Shown in pieces: positions 9,999 through 20,850 of a stretch of 64,000 bases of DNA. Location of the stretch: the NCBI GenBank assembly GCA_963822445.1, contig CAWGHO010000002.1, positions 2,176,001 through 2,240,000 of the forward strand, read 5' to 3'. This DNA is from an uncultured Acidobacteriota bacterium (lineage in GTDB: Bacteria; Acidobacteriota; Thermoanaerobaculia; Gp7-AA8). Below the pieces are notes generated by a model. It saw nothing but the letters and a program-made list of their open reading frames with translations, had not been told where the DNA came from and searched no databases. Every line of letters begins with the position of its first letter. Positions within the stretch are counted from its first letter, which is position 1. The position numbers and the translations under genes are program-made.

Positions 9999-10742
9999 TT
10001 GGTGGCTGTGGAAAACAATACAAGATCTCAGGCACGCAAGCTATCTAAGCAGCTCGACGACGATCGATCTCAGCTATTTGACCAGTTATACCGGACTCAT
10101 TACTCCCGACTCTGTATGTTTCTGACACGCCTAGGGTTAGCCAGCGAGGACGCTAACGAACTTGCTCAGGAAGCGTTCGTCAGGGTCTACGAGCGCTTAG
10201 ACCATTATCGCGGCGAGGCCGAATGGTCGTATCTCGAGGTGACTGCTCGACACGTCCTTTTTAACTGGCTGCGCAGCAAGCAAGCAGCGAAGCGGCAAGC
10301 CAAGTTTGTATCGTTCACCGAGGGCCTTGATGACGCTGTTGCCTCCGACGACACACCGGAGGCAGCGTTACTTGAGCAGGAGGCGGAGAAGGCCGCTTGC
10401 GACGAACGAAGAACTCAGATGGAGCACTTGAAGAGCGCTATCCAAAGGCTGCCCCCGGCGACTGGAAGTTGCCTCCTGCTGGCGTTAGCCGGGTACAACC
10501 ACTCAGATATCGCAAAACAACTGCGAATTACTCCGGCCGCGGTCAAATCTAGGCTACATGACGCACGACAGAAACTCAGGTCGCTAACCAACCCGCAAGG
10601 ACGGGCAGAAGCTCGGGCTGTGTCGACAGCAGCTAGCTGTCAGCGAGCGAGCGCTGAAAGGTACGTCAAGATCGCTGAATTACAACGCAACGGGTCCACG
10701 CGGGCGGAGACCGCTAATGGGAGGCGTCGAAACGCGGCCTAA
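9999..10742 (+). CDS. ECF-type RNA polymerase sigma-70 factor
   Basis: Region 2 (DANELAQEAFVRVY, WSYL..TARH) and region 4 (DIAKQLRITPAAVKSRLHDARQKL); start uncertain. Confidence 0.85.
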   Translation: MVAVENNTRSQARKLSKQLDDDRSQLFDQLYRTHYSRLCMFLTRLGLASEDANELAQEAFVRVYERLDHYRGEAEWSYLEVTARHVLFNWLRSKQAAKRQAKFVSFTEGLDDAVASDDTPEAALLEQEAEKAACDERRTQMEHLKSAIQRLPPATGSCLLLALAGYNHSDIAKQLRITPAAVKSRLHDARQKLRSLTNPQGRAEARAVSTAASCQRASAERYVKIAELQRNGSTRAETANGRRRNAA

Positions 10743-10934
10743 CTACTGCCAGGAGCTGTCGCGGCCCGGCTTCGGTCCGCCGGCCGAGCCGGCTGCTTTT
10801 TCGCCAGCGTGACGGCGTCACGGCGTTGCAGTTCGCCACTCGCTGCATGGGCAGTTCATTGGCGGCAACTGCCGCGCCGCTCCGGCTTCGGCACGTGGGC
10901 CCTGGCCGCGCAGCTCAGGCGATAGACGTTGGGC
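10737..10934 (+). repeat. attC site 12
   Basis: GCCTAAC...GTTGGGC. Confidence 0.9.
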
Positions 10935-11226
10935 GGACTCGGCACGAAGAGTAGGCCGGACTTCCATTGACGCGTTGGCAGTCGCACCGACTGAAGCGGC
11001 AGAGCCGCGCGCCAAGGCGTCCGCCACAATTGTTCGTCGTGGTTCCCGCCCATCCGCCGGCTTGTTGCACGTGCAGCGCACGCGAAACATGATTTTCGTC
11101 GGCAGCCGGCCACAATCTCCGCGAGAGCCACCCTCCACGCCGGCCTGGCGGCCGAGCACGCATTCCGCGTCCGCCACGATTCGGCGCGTGCGCTGCTCCC
11201 AAGCGCGGAAAGCTATGCGTGTGGCC
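10929..11226. repeat. ORF-less cassette family A, copy 6
   Basis: Homologous to copy 1. Confidence 0.85.
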
Positions 11227-11415
11227 GCCCAACAACTCACAGCAGCTGACGCGGCCCGGCTTCGTCCCGGCGCTGAAGCGCCTGGGCCGAACAGTACCGG
11301 CGCGGCGGCACGCCGGCCGCAGATCGGTTCATTCGTTAATCGCCGGCGGCCGGCGCGCCGCGCTGCCGCAGCCACGCGGGCCCTGGCCGCGCAGCTGAGT
11401 GAGATGACGTTAGCC
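11227..11415 (+). repeat. attC site 13 (family-A subtype)
   Basis: GCCCAAC...GTTAGCC. Confidence 0.9.
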
Positions 11416-11761
11416 GGTCGGAATTACTCTTATCGCACATTGCAACGGCGAGGGGACGAGTTCAAGCCATGTGAGTGCGCGAGAGTCGTCTTCTTACGCA
11501 TGCACCTAGGATCGTGTTGCGTAGCTATGCTCGGTGCGTGGCATTCCATACGCACCACGTCATTAGCTACAAGCGCCAGTCCGTCAGAGCTTTAGCTCGC
11601 TCGTGCGCCGATGGACGACACTCCGGCCCGCCTCGCTAAGTGGCATCTTAGCTGCGACGCCCAGCATGCATCAGCGACGCCTCTGGGTATCTGGTATCCT
11701 GCCGTCTCTACCCGATAGGCAGCTGGAGCGGCGCGATCCGGCATCCGGACGGAGCGATCGC

Positions 11762-12268
11762 ATGTTCGATTTTCTGACGTCCACGAAACGACCGACCGCT
11801 GGTACGCCGGTATTAACAGCGAACGAGGTGTTGGCTCGGCTCAAAGCACTTAATCGCGACAGCGCCCCTTGGCGGATAATCGATGGCACGGCAGACGGTG
11901 TTAATCTAATCGCCGAGTGGAAAATCGTAGACGCGAAGTGGTATGAGATCTTCGCTAAGGCAGGTCTCACCAAGGTATTCCGCATCCTGCTAAAGCTGGA
12001 TGAGGAGCGGAAGCACGTTCGCGCCCAAGATAGGGAGTACGAGGTTTCGTGGCGCGCTGGTGTGCCTTCGTTGTCCATCGCCGCGAAAGGTTTCAAAGGG
12101 CAAAGCACCAGCGTTGAGTTCGGCGCTTCGTATGGATTTACTGAAGACTTCTCACTCGGTCAGCAATACAAATATTTCTTCAAGACTTCAGAGATTAAAA
12201 CGCCTGTTCAAGAGGCGGTGGTCAGCTGCGGTTGGGTTTATAAAGGTGTAGTCTTTGGCAATCCATAG
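11762..12268 (+). CDS. Hypothetical protein
   Basis: GGAG then ATG 11762 (MFDFLTSTKRP...); globular, coding-like composition. Confidence 0.75.
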   Translation: MFDFLTSTKRPTAGTPVLTANEVLARLKALNRDSAPWRIIDGTADGVNLIAEWKIVDAKWYEIFAKAGLTKVFRILLKLDEERKHVRAQDREYEVSWRAGVPSLSIAAKGFKGQSTSVEFGASYGFTEDFSLGQQYKYFFKTSEIKTPVQEAVVSCGWVYKGVVFGNP

Positions 12269-12314
12269 CGGGCCCGAATACATGACACGCGTGAAACTAC
12301 GAGATAAGGCCGCC

Positions 12315-12509
12315 GGCTAACTACTGCCAGAAGCTGGCACGGCCCGGCTTCGGCCCGGCGGCCGAGCCGCCTACAGCATCGCAGCGTGACGGCGTCACGG
12401 CGGTTGCAGTTCGGCAGTCGTTGCTGCAACTTCTCGCCGGCAACCGCCGTGCCGCTCGGGCTTCGGCACGCGGGCCCTGGCCGTGCAGCTTAGGCGATAG
12501 ACGTTAGCC
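12315..12509 (+). repeat. attC site 14
   Basis: GGCTAAC...GTTAGCC. Confidence 0.9.
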
Positions 12510-12680
12510 AGACCGGCGGACGCGGAGCGCAACCGACGCACAAGTTCGCGGAACGCAACCACAGCGCGCGTGGCATGATCGATCGCAACTGCTCACTATC
12601 GTTGCGCTCCACCAGTCCACCGGCATGGCTAACTTTCATCATTCCGTCGTCGCGACGTCCGGTCGATCCCATAATAGACA

Positions 12681-12988
12681 TTCCCCCTGCAGCTGACAGC
12701 ATCGCAAGATTGCGGGCCGCGACCAGCCAAAGTGCGCCCGCCCCCCGCGCCGTTGTGCAGTAGACCCCTTCACACCCGCTCCACCACCCGCGGTAGGCCT
12801 ACTGCACAACGGCGCACCCTCCCGGGCGCCAGCTCGTCGCGGCCCTGAATGTGCGCATCCACCCGACCTCGCGCGTCGAACTCACGAATTGATCCGTGTC
12901 ACGCGGTTGCAGATGGCTTCCTCCGGCGAATCATCAGTCGCCGCAACCGCGTGCCACGGGAAGACCGTGAATTCGACGCGCTCACACC
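12681..12988. ncRNA. Candidate structured element family B, copy 1
   Basis: Two long hairpins with compensatory changes across 4 copies; RNA versus ssDNA role unknown. Confidence 0.5.
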
Positions 12989-13097
12989 CGGGAGATCGCT
13001 GCCCCCCGACCCGCGAGAGCGACACGTCGTGATCAGGCCCGATGTGTCGGCGTGATCTAGATGCTCCAGGTTGTAAACCACCAGTTTCGGTATGAAC

Positions 13098-13412
13098 TTA
13101 GACATTCGCGGGGCGCAAAACCACCAGTTCGGTCACTCCGGAAGTGACCTTTGCCAATTCGGAAGTGACCTTTGCCACTTCGGAAGTGACCTTTGCCACT
13201 TCGGAAGTGACCCTTGCCACTTCGGAAGTGACTTGGGCCACTTCGGAAGTGACCTTTGCCAATTCGGAAGTGACTTGGGCCACTTCGGAAGTGACCTTTG
13301 CCACTTCGGAAGTGACCTTGGCCACTTCGGAAGTGACCACGGCCACTTCGCTAGTGACCTTGGCCACTTCGGAAGTGACCTTGCATTCAACTCTGAGACC
13401 GACGACGGACAT
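13098..13412 (-). CDS. Heptad-repeat (VTSEVAK) coiled-coil-like protein
   Basis: Repeat variants include synonymous changes in this frame (GCA/GCC, TCC to AGC). Confidence 0.5.
   Translation of the reverse strand: MSVVGLRVECKVTSEVAKVTSEVAVVTSEVAKVTSEVAKVTSEVAQVTSELAKVTSEVAQVTSEVARVTSEVAKVTSEVAKVTSELAKVTSGVTELVVLRPANV
13134..13385. repeat. Tandem repeat, 12 x 21 bp
   Basis: Unit CACTTCGGAAGTGACCTTTGC with internal palindrome CACTTC-G-GAAGTG. Confidence 0.95.
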
Positions 13413-13430
13413 GCCGCGCATTGAATGGCT

Positions 13431-13627
13431 GGCTAACTGCTGCCAGCAGCTGACAGCGGCCCGTTTGCCGCTCCCGGGGCTGAAGCCCCTTTTTCCTCCC
13501 GAGACGAACGGCGACATGCCGCTTGCAGATCGCTCCCGCCGACTGGTCGTTAGTCGCGGCAACCGGCCTGCCGCGCGAACCGCACGCGCGCGGGGGCTCG
13601 CTGCAGCTGAGGCGACGTACGTTAGGC
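13431..13627 (+). repeat. attC site 15
   Basis: GGCTAAC...GTTAGGC. Confidence 0.9.
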
Positions 13628-13899
13628 GCACGCAAACACCAGCGCCGTGGCCACACGCGAGAGACGAGCCGCGAAGGTCGCAAGCGGCGTTCGCTGGTCG
13701 CTCGTCGAGAATGAGTGATGCCGCCTTACCCGAGGTCGTTCCGTACGGCGGACGAGTAATCGCTAACGCGCAAATCTAGCCGGGCAGAGGCACATAATTC
13801 CAGATCTGGTTGTTAGCTGCGGCCAGTTTTACTGGTTTCGGCTATGTCGAGGTAGGGAATTGCCCGGCCCAGCCCCTCCTATCTTGGAGGAAGCCAAGA

Positions 13900-14406
13900 A
13901 TGGGCGTCGCCATCAGTGCAGAAGTGGCCATTCAGTTGTTAAACACGATCGGACTCGGCCTTGTTGGCACCGGTCTGTACGTCGTTTACAAAGCCCTTCT
14001 AAAACGCAGCGAACTCCTGTCGGAAAGTGTCGATCAGCTCCAGAAAGCACACGAAGCCGTCGTGAAAACGATGGATAAGCGTTCGACGGAGATTGACTCG
14101 CGATTCGAGGATGAAAAGAAATTTCGAAGCCTGTACCTGTCCCTTCTTGAAGACGCCGAGGTTCATCGCAGCAAGATCAAAGAATGGAAAGAGGACGAGC
14201 TTCACGCGTTACAGAGCCGAATGGATCTCGTGTCTGCTCGCTTGCAACAGCTCGAGGAAGACCACAAAGCTTTGCTCGCGAAGTACTACGAAATCGAAGA
14301 TGGATATCAGAACTCTGTTGCACGAAACCGGTTCCTGGAAAAACAGAACAAAGAACTTCAAGTCGAGCTCGGGAAATCTGGGCCGACAGTCCGCGGGCTA
14401 GCATAA
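13900..14406 (+). CDS. Membrane-anchored coiled-coil protein
   Basis: GGAGG RBS; N-terminal TM then a long charged helix. Confidence 0.75.
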   Translation: MGVAISAEVAIQLLNTIGLGLVGTGLYVVYKALLKRSELLSESVDQLQKAHEAVVKTMDKRSTEIDSRFEDEKKFRSLYLSLLEDAEVHRSKIKEWKEDELHALQSRMDLVSARLQQLEEDHKALLAKYYEIEDGYQNSVARNRFLEKQNKELQVELGKSGPTVRGLA

Positions 14407-14460
14407 GCTCGTGGTGTCAATCCGATCGTCTCGGACCTGCCTCTTGCGCTACTGGCCGGC

Positions 14461-14657
14461 GCCTAACTTTGGTGTGAAGCTGGCACGGCCCGGCTTCGGC
14501 CCGGCAGCCGAGCTGCCTGCCCTGTCGCCAGCGTGACGGCGTCACGGCCGTTGCAGTTCGCCAGTCGTTGCGTGCGACTTCTCGGCGGCAACGGCCGCGC
14601 CGCTGCGGCTTCGGCACGTGGGCCTTGGCCGTGCAGCTTACACCAAGGACGTTAGGC
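14461..14657 (+). repeat. attC site 16
   Basis: GCCTAACTTTGGTG...CACCAAGGACGTTAGGC. Confidence 0.9.
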
Positions 14658-14787
14658 GGACGCATCTTAGCCTGCGTTGCCCGCACGCTTTCCATGAGGC
14701 TCCGCGTACTTGCACGGTCGTCGCGCTCGACCGCCGGTAGGGGGCTAGTTTCGATCTGGGGCCTACTTTCCGCGCATCGCTATCCGT

Positions 14788-15660
14788 CTAATCCCACGGG
14801 CCCCGCTGGCTTGGTAGTGACCAATTACTTGGAAGGCTCCAGGCATCGTCATGCCTTGTGAAGAGTACGCTGGCGTCGTAACGCCGGCCCGAATCGTAAT
14901 CAAGGCTACTACGTAGGAGGGGCGCGACCTCTCCGAAGGGCGTAATGTTTACGTATTGCCACTGGAAATCAACCAGAGCTCGCTCGCCATCGTCGCTTCG
15001 TCGAATGTTTGTGACATCGACCAATGAACGATCCGCCATTTTCATGATACTGCATGTATTGTTCTGATTGTAGGCGCCAGCCTGGGCCGCATAACGGACA
15101 ACCTTGTCACCCACCTTGTACTTCCGGCCTTCGGGTGTCAGCTCGATGTCTATTGCGTAATAGGTATAGTAAGCCCACCGTGATTCTCCGATGGGAGTCA
15201 AGGTGGCCAAGTTGGCTCGCACTAGTGGTTTAAGCCATTCCGGAGTGTCGTTACTGAACATGCTGCTCTGCTTACCGGTGCGGAACGCGTTCGCCGGGAC
15301 TGGTAGCGATTTCAAGCGTTCCCGAAGTACCTCTTGCGCTTTGTCACGAGTGAGTTCTCGGGGCAGCTTGATAACGGGCGCGTCATAAGGAGCGGCGGTC
15401 GCGAGGTTTAGTTGGAGAGATCGACCGATGTAACCGGCCTTCTCAAACTTAACGGTGAAGGCGCCCGGGGCGTAGCCCAGCACATACTTGCCCTCAGAAT
15501 CGGTCTCGGTTGCAAAGGTGCTGTTTTCGATGAATGCCTTGACTCCCGGTATGGGCTTGGCTCCCGATTCCTGCACGGATCCACGTATTTCGGCCTTCTT
15601 GCATCCTCCGAGCGTAAAGCAGACCAGGACGGCAACCCAGGCGAGCGCGGACTTGGGCAT
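14788..15660 (-). CDS. Lipoprotein with carboxypeptidase-regulatory-like domain
   Basis: Lipobox LGGC; IRGSV...PIPGV...TDSEGKY...APGAFTVKFEKAGY; GAGGAGG RBS. Confidence 0.8.
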   Translation of the reverse strand: MPKSALAWVAVLVCFTLGGCKKAEIRGSVQESGAKPIPGVKAFIENSTFATETDSEGKYVLGYAPGAFTVKFEKAGYIGRSLQLNLATAAPYDAPVIKLPRELTRDKAQEVLRERLKSLPVPANAFRTGKQSSMFSNDTPEWLKPLVRANLATLTPIGESRWAYYTYYAIDIELTPEGRKYKVGDKVVRYAAQAGAYNQNNTCSIMKMADRSLVDVTNIRRSDDGERALVDFQWQYVNITPFGEVAPLLRSSLDYDSGRRYDASVLFTRHDDAWSLPSNWSLPSQRGPWD

Positions 15661-15739
15661 GTGAACCTCCTCAGGCGTCTCGCATTATATAACGATAAAT
15701 TGACCGTACGTTAGTAACTTGCCGCAGAGAAATCCCGCC

Positions 15740-15936
15740 GCCTAACTACTGCCAGCAGCGGACGGCGGGCCGTTCGTTGGCCCGGCGGCCGAGCCGCCTA
15801 CGTCGCTCCAACTTGCACGGCGTCACGCCGCTTGCAGATCGCGCCCGCCGACAATCTCGTTAGTTGCGGCAAGCGGCGCGCCGCTTTCCGCTCACGGCTG
15901 TGGGCCTCGCCGCCGCTGAGGCGACAGACGTTAGGC
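15740..15936 (+). repeat. attC site 17
   Basis: GCCTAAC...GTTAGGC. Confidence 0.9.
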
Positions 15937-16126
15937 GCACGAAAACCAGCGACACGTTTGGTAGCATGGACGCGTCGCATTTGGCGCGGGCGAAGGAACG
16001 AAGGCGAAACGCGACGGCCGCAATCGTGACCGGAGCCGACCATGCTGCCCAGTTTATCGCCTGCGTCGCCACTCGACTATGACGAACCGGTCCGCCTGCT
16101 TGCAGCCGTCTGACGGAGGTGAACGA

Positions 16127-16510
16127 TCACAGCTTGGCCTTCTTGGGAAAAATTGTCACGTCGGGTAGGCCACTGAATCCGGAGTCGGTGGTTACGAGCG
16201 TAGCGTCGCTTTCGCGGGCGAATGCCAGCATCATCGAGTCAGCCATCGCCAAGCCGTGCTCAAGGCTCAGATCTGCCGCCGTCAGCGCAACTTCCTCGGT
16301 CAAATTGACGACGACGGTCTTCTTCATGGTGGCCACGGCGTCGAGTGCCTCGTCCTCTGACCGTTCGCGCTTGATCCACTTGTAAACTTCGTAGATTGCG
16401 ACGGTCGGAGTGATGACGTCCGCTGGGCGGCGCAACCTCGTCGCGAACTCCTCGGCGTGCGGACCATCCGCGAAAAACTCGATCCAACCCGAAGAGTCAA
16501 TGACTATCAA
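16127..16510 (-). CDS. vapC: PIN-domain toxin VapC
   Basis: VIDSSGWIE, YEV, ADS and TTDSGF PIN acidic residues. Confidence 0.9.
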   Translation of the reverse strand: MIVIDSSGWIEFFADGPHAEEFATRLRRPADVITPTVAIYEVYKWIKRERSEDEALDAVATMKKTVVVNLTEEVALTAADLSLEHGLAMADSMMLAFARESDATLVTTDSGFSGLPDVTIFPKKAKL

Positions 16511-16716
16511 AACCGATCCTTCTTTTCGCGGAAGCCGGTTGTGCGAATACCGCGAACGAACCCGCGCATTGACGAGATCGGTCTGTCGGGAACAAGCGTG
16601 ACGCTGCCACCCTTAGCGATTACTTGAAACTCTTGCCCGACGCGAATCTTGGCGCGCTCCCGTACATCCTTCGGTATAACGACCTGATACTTTGACGATA
16701 CTCTCGTTCGGGTCAT
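16507..16716 (-). CDS. vapB: AbrB/MazE/SpoVT-family antitoxin
   Basis: VSSKYQVVIPKDVRE motif; 4-bp overlap with vapC. Confidence 0.9.
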   Translation of the reverse strand: MTRTRVSSKYQVVIPKDVRERAKIRVGQEFQVIAKGGSVTLVPDRPISSMRGFVRGIRTTGFREKKDRF

Positions 16717-16808
16717 TGCGGAACTCCTTCGCTGGATCGATCATCAGTATCGTAAGACGCGGCGACAGCACTGTCAACGCCCGATTCACGTGTCTCATTT
16801 CGGCCGCC

Positions 16809-17007
16809 GGCTAACTACTGCCAGGAGCTGTCGGCGGGCCGTTTGCCGCGCCCGGCGCTGAAGCGCCTCGGTAAGCGTCGATTGGCCGGCGGCACGCCGG
16901 CCGACATGCTCTCGCGCCGCTAGCCGCGGCGCGAACACTGCAGCCGTCGCGCCGCGCAACCGCTCGCACGCGGGGCCTCGCCGCAGCTCAGGCGATAGAC
17001 GTTAGCC
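16809..17007 (+). repeat. attC site 18
   Basis: GGCTAAC...GTTAGCC. Confidence 0.9.
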
Positions 17008-17022
17008 GGACGATAATGAGAC

Positions 17023-18173
17023 GTGACTAAATCTATATACTTCGTTGGAGCTGGGTTCACCAAGGGTCTTCAGCAGCGGATGCCGATCCCGATGATGATG
17101 GATTTCGTACAGGTGATGGCTCACTACGCGAGCCGCGATGACGTGGTGCTGATGGCATTGATCGGGCTCGAGGGGGAAGGTTGCTTTAAGAACAAGAACC
17201 CTGTTCTGAAGGCTTTAGCAAACGATATCAGACCCAAGCGACATCGCCGAAAGCTGCTGGCAGGAGTGCTCCAGCGCGAACCTGAATCCATCGAGGCCCT
17301 GCTCTCCAGAGCTGAGCGAATCGACCGTCGATTCACGAAGCTTACCCGCCGAGTGTTGCTTGCGGCAATCAATGATCCGGTGTTGCGCGCTCAGTACGCA
17401 ATCAGCCGAATGTTCTTCAGGATCGGCTGGCGCCTTCGGCTGGACACTCTCAAGCAGTACCTAGCGCTAAGAGCTCGCCAGCCACGTAGTCGGCATACGT
17501 TCGTTAGCTTCAACTACGACCTCGTGCTTGAACACGCACTGGAAGAAGCCGGCACGTCGTGGTCCGCAAAGGCGGGTTACGGCGTGAGGTTCGCGTGGGC
17601 AATTCTGGAGGATCCCTCCGAAGGCGCCGGGGCACCAGTTGTGCCACTCAACGGCACGGCGGCGTCCAACGTCAGCGTCTTGAAACCTCACGGCTCACTC
17701 AACTGGCTGCTGCCATCCGACGGCAGGCCGCGCCTTCCTGTCGTTGCTACCACGGTCGAGGGCCACGTCCGTTACATTGGATCCACAGAAACCCATGCCG
17801 GCATTCGTTTCCCGGACGAGTTGCCCGTGCGTGTCGCACCGTTCATTCTGCCACCGACTAGTTCCAAGAACACAGATCTCGCGATTCTACGAACCTGCGC
17901 AGAAAGGAAGCAACCGCCATTCTGTCCGCGGATGAGTTGTACGTGATTGGTTGGAGCATTCCCAAGACAGATGTAGATCAGGTCAAGCTGATCCAACAGG
18001 CGATGGCTCGGCGGCGAAAGCCCTTCTCGCGTGTCGTAGTTGTTAACTATCGCCAACCGGAACGGTACTACCGCCGGGTGGCGCGCCTGTTCGGTGTCCC
18101 TTTAAGAAGCGTGGAACGCTTTGATGACGGCGTGCTAGATTTTACAGCGTCACAGTTGGCCCTCGCCGGCTAA
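17023..18173 (+). pseudogene. SIR2-like protein, frameshifted near ~17895 (or sequence error)
   Basis: GAGF, SFNYD, LKPHGSLNW and ILPPT motifs; YVIGWSIPKTD continues in another frame. Confidence 0.8.
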
Positions 18174-18363
18174 CTACTGCCAGAAGCTGGCACGGCCCGG
18201 CGTCGGTCCGGCGCTGAAGCGCCTACATCATCGCCAGCGGGACGGCGTCACGCCGGTTGCAGATCGTCAGGCGTTGCAGGCAACTTCTCGCCGGCAACCG
18301 CCGTGCCGCTCCGGCTTCGGCACGTGGGCCCTGGCCGTGCAGCTTAGGCGATAGACGTTAGCC
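18168..18363 (+). repeat. attC site 19
   Basis: GGCTAAC...GTTAGCC. Confidence 0.9.
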
Positions 18364-18677
18364 CGACGACGACCAGAGATCCTCGCACGACTTGGAGAGC
18401 GTCCCGCTCGACAGCGGGCTCGAGGCGGCACCCCTCGATGGCCGCGAAGCCAGAGGAACATGGCTTATCGTCGCAGTTCCTTGCATTTCCAAGAGCATCC
18501 ACGCCCGCAGACTCACGTTTTGGAGCGTTGCGCTCACTTCCGTCTCGCGATCGAGCCGGATCCACATCGGCAAGCCACATCGACCAAGACGCGAGCGGCG
18601 TCATGAAGTGATCGGCTGACACGGAAAGCCGGCAACAGTTTGGGTGCCGGCCGGTCGCTCAGCTAGAATACGGCGCC

Positions 18678-18902
18678 ATGTCGTACGAAGGAATCATCAC
18701 GATCGAGCCGGGAAAGAGGGGCGGCCAACCCTGTATTCGCGGTATGCGCATGACTGTCTACGATGTCCTGTCGTATCTGGCCGCCGGGATGACGGAAGAG
18801 GAAGTCCTCCATGATTTCCCGTATCTGACGCACGAGGACGTTCTCGCTTGTCTCAGCTACGCGGCTGAGCGTGAGCATCGCATGCTGGTCGTAAACGAGT
18901 GA
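18678..18902 (+). CDS. DUF433 antitoxin
   Basis: PGKRGGQPCIRGMR...FPYLTHEDVLACLSYAA. Confidence 0.9.
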   Translation: MSYEGIITIEPGKRGGQPCIRGMRMTVYDVLSYLAAGMTEEEVLHDFPYLTHEDVLACLSYAAEREHRMLVVNE

Positions 18903-19246
18903 AGCTCCTCTTCGACCACAACATCTCACCCGACCTCGTTCGCAGACTGCGAGATTTGTTTCCCGAATCGGACCACGTTTACAACCTGAATTTGCACGAA
19001 GTGGACGATCACATCGTCTGGGCATTCGCTCGGGAGAATACCTTCATCGTTGTAACAAAAGATGTTGATTTCTCCGAACTCTCCATGGTGCAGGGATTTC
19101 CCCCGAAGGTCTTGTGGCTTCGTCTTGGCAACTGCCGGACACGCGACATCGAAGACCTGATCCGCTCCAATTACGAATACATACTGCAACTGGTGGCGGA
19201 CGATGAGAGAGCCATCTTGTCTCTGTTCGCGAAGGCCGCGGGCTAA
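18899..19246 (+). CDS. DUF5615 PIN-like toxin
   Basis: MKLLFDHNIS...VVTKDVDF; overlaps the DUF433 gene. Confidence 0.9.
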   Translation: MKLLFDHNISPDLVRRLRDLFPESDHVYNLNLHEVDDHIVWAFARENTFIVVTKDVDFSELSMVQGFPPKVLWLRLGNCRTRDIEDLIRSNYEYILQLVADDERAILSLFAKAAG

Positions 19247-19436
19247 CTACTGCCAGAAGCTGGCACGGCCCGGCCTCGGTCCGGCGGCCGAGCCGCCTAC
19301 TTCGTCGCCAGCGTGGCGGCGTCACGCCGGTTGCAGATCGCGTCGCGCTGCTTCAGCTTAATCGCGGCAACCGGCGCGCCGCTCTGGCTTCGGCACGTGG
19401 GCCTTGGCCGTGCAGCTTAGGCGATAGACGTTAGCC
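19241..19436 (+). repeat. attC site 20
   Basis: GGCTAAC...GTTAGCC. Confidence 0.9.
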
Positions 19437-19696
19437 CGACCTGGGCAGCGACGCTTCGCGTTCCGCAGACTCTCCGTGCCCCGCACGTTCATGGTGGTGC
19501 CAGCCCGCCGTCCTCCCTGCGCGCATTCGACCACCGTGCTCGTGCGCGTCACCACGCCTGCCACCGGAGTCATTGCGGCAGTTGTCGTCGTCCGTGCGCA
19601 AGCCCCTCGCCACATGTCTCACCCTGACCCTGTGCGCTCCCGCGGCGCCATCGCTGCTCCCGCACGGACTGCGTCGGTTTGGGCGATAATCGCTGC

Positions 19697-20644
19697 ATGG
19701 CCGACGAAGTTGAGAATCGTGCGCGGCTGCTTTTCGAGGCGGCAGAACGTGCCGGTTGGCAAAATGCTTCTGAAATTGTCGCGCGAATTCGAGGACTGCA
19801 GCGTGGCCTGCCAGCGGAAGATGAACTGGCCGTAATCCTTCATTGGCTAGGTCGATGCCGTATGATTCATAAGCTAGATCAAGCATCGCAGTACCCGCCC
19901 TCATCGAGGGCCGACTTCGTCGTACCCGACCTTCTCGCGGTGTTTGAGCACGAAGGTCGCACAGTTCCCGTGCTTATCGAGGTGAAACGAACCCAAAAGG
20001 ATCGCCTCAAGTGGCGGCAATCCTATCTTCAAGGTTTAAAGTCGTACTCGGATGCCGTCGGAATCCCACTGTTAGTCGCTTGGAAATTCGCAACTTTCTG
20101 GTGTTTATTCGATCCGGCACATTTTCGGCTGGCACAAACTAACCTTCACGCCAAGTTCCTCGAAGTAATGCCGCACTCCGTGATGAGCTCCCTAGCCGGT
20201 GACTTCTCATTCTCGCTACGGTCGGGCGTGGGATTCCACTTGCACATGCGCAAAGAGCAGAAAACTGACACTGGTTGGCATGTTCGGATCAAACGAGCGT
20301 ACGTGACAGACGGAGATGCACAGCAGTACGGCAAAGCGCCCGGCGTTCTTCAGTTGCTAGCTTGTTTTCCAACGGAGGCCGACCATAACGAGACACGACG
20401 TTATCTCAAACAAAGCTACATTGTTCCCGACCATAGTCTGGCTGAATTCGCCCATCGCTGCCTCGTCAAGTTGATCGCGGCGTTCGGCGGTCGCGAGAAA
20501 CCGAAAAGCTGGCGCGGCTATCTGCAAGGCGCGCATATCCCCGAAACAGCTTCGAACTTCTATGACACTGTCAATAACCTTGCACCCGCGTTCGTGCAAC
20601 GCATCTACCGAATAAGACCGAAAGTGAAACCTGCCTTCCTCTAA
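19697..20644 (+). CDS. PD-(D/E)xK restriction-endonuclease-like protein
   Basis: AEDE...VPDLLAVF...LIEVK. Confidence 0.75.
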   Translation: MADEVENRARLLFEAAERAGWQNASEIVARIRGLQRGLPAEDELAVILHWLGRCRMIHKLDQASQYPPSSRADFVVPDLLAVFEHEGRTVPVLIEVKRTQKDRLKWRQSYLQGLKSYSDAVGIPLLVAWKFATFWCLFDPAHFRLAQTNLHAKFLEVMPHSVMSSLAGDFSFSLRSGVGFHLHMRKEQKTDTGWHVRIKRAYVTDGDAQQYGKAPGVLQLLACFPTEADHNETRRYLKQSYIVPDHSLAEFAHRCLVKLIAAFGGREKPKSWRGYLQGAHIPETASNFYDTVNNLAPAFVQRIYRIRPKVKPAFL

Positions 20645-20650
20645 CCGGCG

Positions 20651-20850
20651 GGCTAACTACTGCCAGGAGCTGTCGGCGGGCCGTTTGCCGCGCCCGGCGC
20701 TGAAGCGCCTCGTGAAGCGTTGATTGGCCGGCGGCACGCCGGCCGACATGCTCTCGCGCCGCTGATCGCGGCGCGGCTTGCTGCAGCCGTCGCGCCGCGC
20801 ACCCGCTCGCACGTGGGGCCTCGCCGCAGCTCAGGCGATAGACGTTAGCC
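20651..20850 (+). repeat. attC site 21
   Basis: GGCTAAC...GTTAGCC. Confidence 0.9.

Noticed and set aside
13134-13385. 21-bp repeat read as a mini-CRISPR
   Set aside because: Units are contiguous with no unique spacers.
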